Source: Macrostomum lignano
Taxonomy: Eukaryota
Direction: 5' to 3'
Assembly: GCA_002269645.1 (NCBI GenBank)
Contig: NIVC01000248.1
Location: 1 to 64,000 of the forward strand
DNA length: 64,000 nucleotides
Positions 39,137 to 50,700 of this stretch are shown here, piece by piece. Position numbers and translations under genes: made by a program. The first letter of the stretch is position 1, and each line of letters opens with the position of its first letter. Under the pieces are notes generated by a model. The model saw only the letters and a list, made by a program, of their open reading frames with translations, did not search any database and had not been told where the DNA came from.

Positions 39137-42100
39137 TATGATTATAGTCATCTCGGGCGTCAGAGAATCGGTTGAGAGAGCGACTTGACTACGATCCATT
39201 GTTTAAATCTCATTCACACCGCAATCAGATGAGCTATCGAACTGTACAAGCAAGGATGTATAGCTGCTGGATATTTTATTGTCCAAAGGTGCTTTTCATG
39301 GGGTGCGGCATTTCGTTCGAGTAGCAGGGGCAAAGGCCGAGGGGCACTAGACCAGTTGGCGCCAGTCTGAAGGCAGATCAGCAGCCTGAGGGTGTCACAA
39401 TGTTGTGCATGATCACGCAAATTTTGTCCTCTTTTATTACGGTGTGATCAAGCGACATATTATTGTCTTGTCACGTAAAAATTTCGACAAACCAAACTGC
39501 ATGGGTTTTGTCTAAGCTGGGATGCATTTACATGTACATATGTTCATGTTAGCTATTATCATTTGAATTGGCTCTGACGTCATGACATTGAAGTATTTGT
39601 AACTTGATTTATCTGTCTATCCGCCTCTTCGTCCCGCGTCAATCATTTAGCCTCCCCCTTGAAACTATTTGTGTACAGTTCTGAAAGCTTTTCGAGTGAA
39701 TGCTTTTAGGACTTTACAGTACATTGGCATCGTACATTTACGCTTTAGTTTTCTGCGAAAGGTTTGAAATGCTCTGTTTCGTAAATAATGTAGGCCCTGC
39801 CCTAGCACCAACTAACGAAGGTGAAGACTTGATTTTAAGTCTCGGTGTTCGCGTCATCTCGATGTTCGCGTTCGCGTTATCAACTGTGTATTCGGCATTG
39901 ATCTATTTCCTGAAAATTTATCGAAAAAGGACAAAATAAATAGAATAGAATTGTTAACTACATGGAGAAATTAATACTTAAATTCGGCAATCAAACAACG
40001 ATTTTGCTGCCTCTGAACGTCCAGGATTGCTGAAAACATATTATGCCGTAGGGGTTTTTTGTTAAAACACATTTTGTACAAATATGCCATCAGGCATCAG
40101 TCACCCGTGTTGACAAGGGGGTATCTATAAAGGCAGTTCGAACTTACATAAAATCGGCCTAAATTTTTACTGCGAACATGTTCAAAGATCTTAGATCATG
40201 TTCAGAAAGCCTAATAAAGCGAACTAATATATTTACTATTTGTATTATACGGCATCAGTTCCAATCAGTACATTTACGTTTTATAACGATTTGTAATATA
40301 TCGCGATAATTTAACACACATTTGAACTTTCCAAGAAATCGTAAAAAGCCCCAGCTGACCATGCAGCCATTAATCTCAAATCTGCATGCAAAAATTAAGA
40401 TCGCGATTGCATATGCTCGATATTTTTTCTTTGTAGAAGAGAAGACTAATATTTAATATATTACAAATTATTACAAATTATATTACTAATATAATAATAT
40501 AATATATATACTAATTTAATTGCATATTAGTATAATAACTTAGATAAACCAATAGAAGAGAGTTCACTTCACTTCACTACACTATCACTACCAATGCTGA
40601 TGTCATCATGTCATGGATGCCATTGAAGTCTGTGCCAAAAATGAGTTTAGTCTGTGATGCCACAGAAATGTTGCTATCAAGTTGCTATAGCTGACATTTA
40701 CACAAATAGCCCTAACAATTGTAATTGTTATGTTGTTATACAACTATTCCTTTATCTTTTTATTAATATATTTACTATGTATAGAGCTTGAAGTAAAATT
40801 ATTTTAAAACTCAAACTCAGTGCATTTTCTAAAATGAGCTAGATGCCTAAACTTGAAACTTAATAGAAACCTTATTTATTTAATATTAAATTCAATTCAA
40901 GAACCTAGCTTTTCTAATAGATTAGTTTTTTTTAATCAACCAAAATACCTTTGATAAACAAACCAATAAATTAAAGACCAATATCCATTTGTTTAAACAT
41001 GCCAGTCATTTATTTATTAAGCATACCCAAACATTGTTATCAAATAAATTAGTTTCTAAATAGACCTATATCTAAATTCTATACTATAGGATTATATTAC
41101 GCCAAAATAAATTTTTGCTAAACCTATTAAAATTAAAAAGAAAATATACATTAAACCAATGATATCTTTTGTCTTGGATTTGTAGAAAAAATTCTTTATT
41201 TAACATCAATTTTTATAAATTTTAAATTAAACCAATGGAACTTAATTATACAATGAATATAGATTGAAATGTACTTATGTAGTTTTATTTATTATTAAAA
41301 ATTTTTTGAAAAATAATAATATATGTTAGCATACAGGAATATAATAGTGCATTGAAAACTTTTTTAAGTAAGTCTATTAGGTCTACTACCTCCTGTTGCT
41401 TTTGTTACTGTTGCTTTTTGGTAGTTAGACAGGGACAGGGCTTAATACTATAGGATTGCCCTCAAAGAACAAAAAAGTAGTCCATGCAAGCCCATGGCAA
41501 GCCCATGGCAATACCATAGATCCTCATGGACATCAGGAGCCAGACCACCAAAATAGACAAACTGCTAACATGGAAAGTTCTTTTGCATGTCCATCTACTA
41601 TATTTGGCTCAGAATGTTAACCTCAATGCTGTCTAGCATATAGAGCACAATAGTATTCTGCATGTTGGTCATTAGGACAACACTTGCTGGAACAGCTACT
41701 AGCTTGTTTCATTGTTGCTAGGCTGTGCTGCCTCTCTAGTTGACATCCCATGCATTGCCTTAGCAAAAAGCCATTATCATTGGAAGAGCAGTCCACAGCA
41801 CCCAGTCAAGCACCAGAGCAAGCAGAAACACATTTCCCTGAAGCACCACAGAGGATTTCTTGAGGAAGTCCAACAGGCCGTCCCATAATGGCATAGCAGC
41901 TTTTGTTGGCATTATATATGTAGAGCACTATGGGGAGAATGGCCCTGATAACTCAGTCAAATGACTCAGAATTAGCAAAAGTACCAATAATCTAAATAGT
42001 AGTTCATTGGCTATTGAATATCGAATTAGTGTACAGGTGTCAATAAATAACTCGAAAGATTCAAATTTCTATACTATCAATATTTTTATTTTTACTCGTA

Positions 42101-42160
42101 ATCTTTTAATCCTCATATCAATCGCCCTTGCTTAATATGATCTATTTTTTCAGCAGTTGG

Positions 42161-45100
42161 ATGTGGCAAGTTTCCAACTTGGCCGGTTCCTTGTTGCTGC
42201 TATGGACACTGATGCAGCTTCAGACTGTCAAGCCAGCTTCTGCCACACGGCTCATCATGGAGGGTGGACTCTGCACTGACCGGATGCCCTGCCAGATTTC
42301 TCTGTGCCCCGGCAAGAACCAGGCGATAATGTGCCCCATCTACAACGAGAAGCTGGTCATTAAGTCCATTAGTTACCGTCCAGTGAAGTATGGAGCTTGC
42401 AGTCTGGGGGATGCTAGCCTAGGCGATTCAAATGATTGCGTCATCCTTGGCTCCGAGCTGATTGCTTCTCTGCAGAAAAAGTGAGTCTTGTGGTTTAGCG
42501 CTGAGCTGCTGCCCTCTGGAACCGTTGGAACGACAAAATGAACTCTTATTCATGACCATAATCAGTCATACATGTAGACATTTCTTAGTTGAAGAATAAA
42601 GTATAAGGATTGCAATCCACAGATTTCAGTCTAAAGACTACATGTGACTACATGTGCAGTCTAGAGACTACATTTGACTACATGTGCAGTCTACAGACTA
42701 CATGTGACTACATGTGCAGTCTACAGACTTCATGTGCAGTCTACAAACTACATGTGCAGTCTACAAACTACACGTGCAGCCTACAAACTACATGTGCAGC
42801 CTACAAACTACATGCGCAGTCTACAAACTACATGTGCAGTCTACAAACTACATGTGCAGTCTACAGACTACATGTGCAGTCTACAAACTACATGTGCAGT
42901 CTACAAACTACATGTGCAGTCTACAAACTACATGTGCAGTCTACAGACTATATGTACAGGCTACAGACTACTACAGTCTACAGATTACAGTATAGATTTT
43001 TCAGCTGGCTCACAGATCTATTATTAAGCTTCCAAGCTCAGCGACAAAGTACCCCAAACAATCCTTTCAAAAAACTGTTCGGGTCTCCCGCGTTCCAGAG
43101 AGCTGACCGAGTGCTATGACTCCATGGTAAAGACAATCCTGGATGAGATTAAGCTAGTGAAAGGCAATCCAGTTTGTACAATTCGTCTGGAGCAGTCTGT
43201 GGTAGAGCAGTGTTACAATAGGTCTTTAGCGGAATTTGGAGAAAGAAATTCTACCAGCACCGGATGCGCCGGCTTGAGTAGCAGATCGTATCGGCTTAAA
43301 ATCGAGTTGCAGAGTAAGAAAGTCACTTGTTGGACTGCTCATTGTGCTCGAGACTGTGTTGTCACGCAGCTTACCTTACTTTTTAGTTAGCATAGACAGA
43401 TCTGTTGTCTATGGCTCTAACCTGCCTGCCTTGGTTACTAGGAAATTAATAGCATGCTTTCGTGGTTTCCTATCTGTCACCTTGAATGCTTTGGTAGCCG
43501 TCTATTGATTTGATTTAATCTATTTTTCAACTGCCATATTAATTAGATTTTGTAAAACTGCACGGTAGTATTTCATCACTTTGCTCTTATTGTGTCTAGT
43601 TCTAATGGTGTTTTTAACCTTGTAGTGTCTTGCTGTCACCAGCTAACTCTTAATTTAGAGCCCACCCCCCATCCTCAGTGGCCACCACCAACCCCCATTC
43701 CTAAGTGGCTGACACCATCCCCATCCTCAGTGGCCGCCACCCCACCCCCATTCCTCAGTGGCTGACACCATCCCCATCCTCAGTGGCCGCCACCCCACCC
43801 CCATTCCTCAGTGGCTGACACCATCCCCATCCTCAGTGGCCGCCACCCCACCCCCATTCCTCAATAGCCGCCACCACCTCCATTCCTCAGTGGCTGCCAC
43901 CACCCCCATTTCTCAATGGCCGCGACCACCCCCATCCTCAGTGGCCGCCACCCACTATTCCTCAGTGGCTGCTACCCCCATTCCTCAGTGGCAGCCACTC
44001 CCATTCCTCAGTGGCAGCCACTCCCATTCCTCAGTGGCAGCCACTCCCATTCCTCAGTGGCAGCCACTCCCATTCCTCAGTGGCTGCCACCCCCATTCCT
44101 CATGGCCCACACCACTCCATTCCTCAGTGGTCGCCACCAACCCCCTCATTCCTCAGTGACCGCCACCACCCCCATTCCTCAGTGACCGCCACCACCCCTA
44201 TTCCTCAGTGACCGCCACCACCCCCATTCCTCAGTGACCGCCACCACCCCTCATTGTTTAGAGCTCCGCATCGCATGAATTAAAAAACAATTGATGAAAT
44301 GCAATAAAATGAAGCAATTTGTCACGATGGCAAAGTTTTGTTGCATTGGCTGTACTTTCCTTGCTCAATATAAAATTTCTATTTATAGAATTTGATGCAC
44401 AGTTACACGTGACACTAACTCTTATCAAGATGTAGTTACTGGCATGCGCCATATTATAAACAGTTGTCTACGCACCTGTTTAATAAGTGTCACTCAAAAA
44501 GGCCTTTTTATAGTGCTGACTGCTTGCGTATTCTTTCGTGTACTGTTATTGCATATTGTCACCTACTATTGTCGCCGCAGGACTAGCTGCTTTAACTCTA
44601 GGCCAGTTAACTGCAGCATTCACAATCCGGAGTCCCTGTCATCTGTGTTCGATCAGTGCCCTAAGCGGCGTAAAAAGCTGTCCATTTCCTTCTACTGTAG
44701 TAAGTATGTCCGCCTGTGTAAGCAATTCACCGGCGCCTAGGTGCGACCTTGCCGAAGTTCTCTGTACGTCATCTTTTTAGAGAAGCGGGCTCGATTTTTT
44801 TAATGAAACACAAATACATAAAATCAAATCATTGAGACTTTATCTAACTCATGTTCCCTGTCTAACTCATGTTTCACCATTGAGATCCTGTCTAACTCAT
44901 ATGTCATCAATGAGACCCTGTCTAACTCATGTTCCACCATTGAAACCCTGTCTAACTCATGTTTCACCATTGAGATCCTGTCTAACTCATATGTCATCAA
45001 TGAGACCCTGTCTAACTCATGTTCCACCATTGAGACCCTGTCTAAATCATGTTTTACCATTGAGATCCTGTTTAACTCATATGTCATCAATGAGACCCTG

Positions 45101-46456
45101 TCTAACTCATGTTTCATCATTGAGACCCTGTCTAACTCATGTTTCATCATTGAGACCCTGTCTAACTCATATGCCATCATTGAGACCCTGTCTAACTCAT
45201 GTTCCATCATTGAGACCCTGTCTAACTCATGATCCATCATTGAGACCCTGTCTAACTCATGATCCATCATTGAGACCCTGTCTAACTCATGATCCATCAT
45301 TGAGACCCTGTCTAACTCATGTTTCATCATTGAGACCCTGTCTAACTCATGTTCCATAACTGCGGAGTACACTGCAATGCCACAGTGGCACAAGAAACTG
45401 CTCTAAAACAGCTGTCTGCTCAGTACTTCATTAGCTAAGAATTTTCAGCAATGCAGCTTAATAATATATGTATAAGCATTGCATAGCACAAAAATATCTT
45501 TTAGATAGTTTTAACCGGAATCGCTATTTCTATTGTTAATTTTTTGTTGAATAATTTCTCAGTCAATCAACTTGATTTCGCAAATTCGCTTTAAAAATGC
45601 TTTTAAATTTCAAGACAATGATTGTTTTTTTATAATTTGTAAATAATTTCTGCTTCCATTGATTGCTGACAAATATTTGTGCGGATCTGCCAACAAAAAT
45701 TTTTGTGATTAAAAAGTTTTCTTTTTAAAAAATGAATCAAATTTTTAGAATTGGCCATTCCAAGTGATGACGTCACTAAGGTTCCTCGCCGTGATGAGTC
45801 ATCTACTGAGGCTACCGCTGCCACTCAGACAAGTAATTATTAAACTGATTAAATACTGCTAATTCATTAGTATAACTGCTATAGCAACCAGTAGTCATAG
45901 AAACCTTAAATAAAGGAAAGCGTTAATTAGTTGCCATAGCAGCTGGTAGTTGATTGTTGATAGTTTATATGGCAACTGTAAGCTAAAAGTTCACTCATAA
46001 TATATAATTGTTTGTCCTTTGCTTTCCATTACCATAGCAACCCAGGCAGCAGCAACTGCGAGACCACGCACAGAACAGGTCACTAAGCCAGCTGAGGTGA
46101 AAAGCACCACAATAAAATTGCTGGCATCAACCATGACTACTAGCTCTGTTGCCATGACAACAAAACCATCTAGTGGGTAAAATTTCACGGCTTCTGGTTT
46201 CCCCCGTTTGTTTTCAGTTCAGAGAAGCCGTGCTTCAGGCTTTGTGATTTTGTTAAGTATTCAGATTTTGCTTACGTCATATCAGCTTTTTTGTTTGCTT
46301 TGATGTAGCCCCTGCTTTTGTTGCTGGGTGGCCCAGTCTGTGAGACTGTCTGTCTGTCTGTCTGTGTCTTTCCGTCTGTCTGCCTGTCTGTCTGTCTGTC
46401 TGTCTGTCTGCCTGCCTGTCTGCCTGCCTGTCTGCCTGTCTGCCTGCCTGTCTGGC

Positions 46457-46489
<33 letters not shown>

Positions 46490-46532
46490 GCCTGCCTGCC
46501 TGTCTGCCTGCCTGTCTGCCTGCCTGTCTGCC

Positions 46533-46565
<33 letters not shown>

Positions 46566-46624
46566 TTCTGTCTGTCTGTCTGCCTGCCTGCCTGCCTGTC
46601 TGTCTGCCTGCCTGTCTGTCTGAC

Positions 46625-46661
<37 letters not shown>

Positions 46662-47527
46662 GTCTATCTGTCCGTTAGCATATTTCAGCACTGTCTGGAC
46701 TTGCAGTTGCCACCCAGCCAAGAAGCAGCCAGAACTGGAAAGTCTTCAGTCTGGTTGGCTGCCAATTAAGAGCCCAGTTGGGCAGGCAGTCTGCAGTCGG
46801 AAGTGCAGCTTTGAACACCCGCTAATAAATCATGGCACTGGCCTTTGCTTCTCCCTCTCCCAAATTCCGGTCTCCCCACTCCCTTCTGTCTTCGTCGTCT
46901 TTCCGAACCCCCCCCCCAGCCCGGAGCTCCCCTGCCCGGCGTTAGAAAATCCTAAATGAAAATTTCTATGAAGGCCGGGGGCGGGGCGCTCGCATTCACC
47001 CCCCCCCCCTAGGCTGCTGGGTTGCTGGAGAGACTGGAGCTGCGGTGAATGGACTGACTGATACGGAGCAATCTGCATTGTGGCAGATGCTGGCTGGGCT
47101 ATTATGGCATGTGTGCGGAGTGCTTCATCTGGCCCTACCTATGACCGCTACGGAATGCGAGTAAAGGTGCGAGGGCAAGCAGTCGATGCCGATTTCACTG
47201 ACCCCTGAGCACACACTCACACAGGGTATACACTACAATGGCCCAGTCTTCTCATTGTCGGGCATGAGCACTCTGTGCTTTGGGGCTTGGCGGTTGGCTG
47301 CGCACGGAATCGAACCCGGGTACCTTGGTGGGATAGTCAGACCGCTGAGCTGCTCTGCTCTTGTGCTAGTCTGTCTGTGTCTGTGTCTGTCTGTCTGTCT
47401 GTGTCTGTGTCTGTCTGTGTCTGTGTCTGTCTGTCTGTGTCTGTCTGTCTGTGTCTGTCTGTGTCTGTCTGTCTGTCTGTGTCTGTGTCTGTCTGTCTGT
47501 CTGTGTCTGTCTGTCTGTCTGTGTCTG

Positions 47528-47558
<31 letters not shown>

Positions 47559-47651
47559 GTCTGTGTCTGTCTGTGTCTGTCTGTCTGTCTGTGTCTGTCT
47601 GTCTTTCTGTCTGTCTGTCTGTCTGTCTGTCTGTGTCTGTCTGTCTGTCTC

Positions 47652-47714
<63 letters not shown>

Positions 47715-50700
47715 GTCTGTTTCTGTCTGTTTCTGTCTGTCTGCCTGTGTCTGTTTCTGTCTGTCTGCCTGTGTCTGTTTCCGTCTGTCTGCCTGTGTCT
47801 GTTTCTGTCTGTCTGCCTGTGTCTGTTTCTGCAGTCTGTTTGTGTCTGCCTGTCTTGTCTTGTCTTGTCTTTCTGTCTGTTTCTTCCCGTCTGTCTTTCT
47901 ATCTTTTTTAGTGCGTACCATTACAGACGGAACACCCAAAGGTCTGTAGCAGTCCCCCATGCAGTTTCGAGTTGTTTGGCGATCCCAGCCAGCATGCAAT
48001 ACCGTGTATCAGTTGCGCGCATTCATTACTGCCCGCTTTATCAATCCGCCCCCCCCCCCTCACCAGGCAGGATTGGCGCAGCTGGTGGTCCCTGAAATGC
48101 GATTGCAGCCATTCTATAGTGAATTTTTCGAACACTCGATTTGCTTTTCCGCTACAATATTGCCGGCCTTTTTCTGCGCATCTTCTACATTTTTTAATAA
48201 GAAGAAAGTTGCACTGTTTGCTTTCCGCAATTTTTAAATTCCGTCTCGCCTGCCCCGCGAACTGCGTCGCTTGAACGGCGCTGGCGGTGGTTTTCGCGAA
48301 TCGCTATTAGCCGTCGCCTTCTCGCCCACCCCAGGCTCGCCTCCGCTGCCCGTCTGCTCGCCGCCGCGCACCGTGCTGAACCCGTTGACGGGCTTCTGCG
48401 AGACCCTCGCCGACTTCACCGGGCAGGAGTGCAGGCAGCTCGCCGAGCACCTGGCGTCAGTGTACCAGCGGGCTGATGGCACCTGTGCCCTACTGCCCAA
48501 CTCCACTAGCGGCATGCGAGTGGAGGTGAGCCCGTGTGGATTGCTAATCTAGCCCGTGTGGATTGCTAATCTAGCCCATGTGGATTGCTAATCTAGTGCA
48601 TGTGGATTGCTAATCTAGTGCATGTGGATTGCTAATCTAGCCCTTGTGGATTGCTAATCTAGTGCATGTGGATTGCTAATCTAGCCCGTGTGGATTGCTA
48701 ATCTAGCCCATGTGGATTGCTAATCTAGTGCATGTGGATTGCTAATCTAGTGCATGTGGATTGCTAATCTAGCCCTTGTGGATTGCTAATCTAGTGCATG
48801 TGGATTGCTAATCTAGCCCGTGTGGATTGCTAATCTAGCCCATGTGGATTGCTAATCTAGCCCGTGTGGATTGCTAATCTAGCCCATGTGGATTGCTAAT
48901 CTAGTGCATGTGGATTGATAATCTAGCCCGTGTGGATTGCTAATCTAGTGCATGCGGATTGCTAATCTAGCCCGTGTGGATTGCTAATCTAGCCCATGTG
49001 GATTGCTAATCTAGTGCATGTGGATTGATAATCTAGCCCGTGTGGATTGCTAATCTAGTGCATGCGGATTGCTAATCTAGCCCGTGTGGATTGCTAATCT
49101 AGTGCATGTGGATTGCTAATCTAGCCCGTGTGGATTGCTAATCTAGTGCATGTGGATTGCTAATCTAGCCCTTGTGGATTGCTAATCCAGCCCATGTGGA
49201 TTGATAATCTAGCCCTTGTGGATTGCTAATCTAGCCCATGTGGATTGCTAATCTAGCCCGTGCGGATTGCTAATCTAGCCCATGCGGATTGCTAATCTAG
49301 CCCATGCGGATTGCTAATCTAGCCCATGTGGATTGCTAATCTAGTGCATGTGGATTGCTAATCTAGCCCATGTGGATTGCTAATCTAGTGCATGTGGATT
49401 GCTAATTTAGTGTGGATTGCTAATCTAACGAATTTGGGCCCTTCTCTATCTGAAGAAAGATGAAAATAATCTTCAATGTATTAATGATATGAATAATTAC
49501 TTTTGTGTTGCACTGAGCATTGAGCATGGGTTATCCATTAGTTACAGACAGACACGCATGTTACGAGTACATTAGGAAAGCAAAACAGATGCATCTATAA
49601 GTTCTACCCGATAATCAACTTTGTCCAGTGTAATAAGTTGCAGTTAGACATGATGCATGTACCGTTTTGCAGAGTTTATGATATCATATATAATTCTGTT
49701 TAGTTTACCTCCGATGGCCTCAAAGTTTTATTGACTCAAGCCCCCCCCCCCAACTGGCCTGTCCTGAGCGATAAGCTACGAGTCTGATAAAAATTCTGTC
49801 GGGTCACGCTGGGAACCTCGGTGAGACTTCCGATTGGCAAGCATGGCGTGGCCTCTGCCAGGCTTCTCTGTTTGCTTAGCGGTTTTTTACACCCTTTCTT
49901 TATCGATAAGGCAGCTAGTGGTGCTTTTCATATTTCACATTTTATCTGAGATATTGTAATATTAGCAAGTTCTACAAAAAGCTTATTCAATAATAAAACT
50001 TTGGGATGTACGCCAATGTACTTGGTATGTGCATCAATTTAAATTTGGGATGAAAACCATGTAACTTTAGGATGCACATCATGTAACTTTAGGATACACA
50101 TTATGTAAATTATTATTATTAAATTTAGGATGAAAACCATGTAACTTTAGAATTTACAATACGTTACTTTAATCTACATCATGTAACTTTAGGATGTACA
50201 TCATGCAACTTTAGTATGTACATCATGTAACTTTAGAAGGTACCTCTAGTAAAAAATTTTCGATGTACACATCGGCAAGTTTTTATGTAAATCTGTAGAT
50301 TTACTCCAGATGTGGGTTTCTACACCTGCAGTTCTATAAGCCATGCGTCTCAAAAGCTGTCAATGGCCCATCTCAGTCCAACCGTATCGCCCTCGCCCTC
50401 GCCGTCGCCCAGATCTCGCGCGTCTCCCAGCCGGCCGTCCGGGCCCGCATGCTGTCCGGCTTTGCCAAATCGCAGCCGTTCCGCGACCTCGGCCAGGTGC
50501 GCCAGTTCGCCAGCCTGCTGGCCGCCCAACTGCCGGCCGGCGCCAACGGCTCCGAGCTCGGCGCCGGACAGCTTAGCCGGACAGTCGGCCACCTGCTGGA
50601 CACTGTGGCCGAGTTTGCCGGCAAAGGCCTGCTGGCCGGGTCGGACGCGCCTGAGTCGGAGGCCGAGTCCCGCAGCCTCGCCGCGGCGGCGAGCTCCGTG

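Noticed and set aside
41460-41930. CpG-poor segment resembling an old LINE endonuclease fragment
   Set aside because: No convincing motif in any frame.
43440-43510. Possible third alternative lectin exon (KLIACFRG...PICHLEC)
   Set aside because: Needs a frameshift, hits a stop and has no good phase-1 donor; likely chance.
44260-44520. Possible N-terminal half of a second lectin domain
   Set aside because: Stops in all three frames and no phase 1-to-2 exon can be built.
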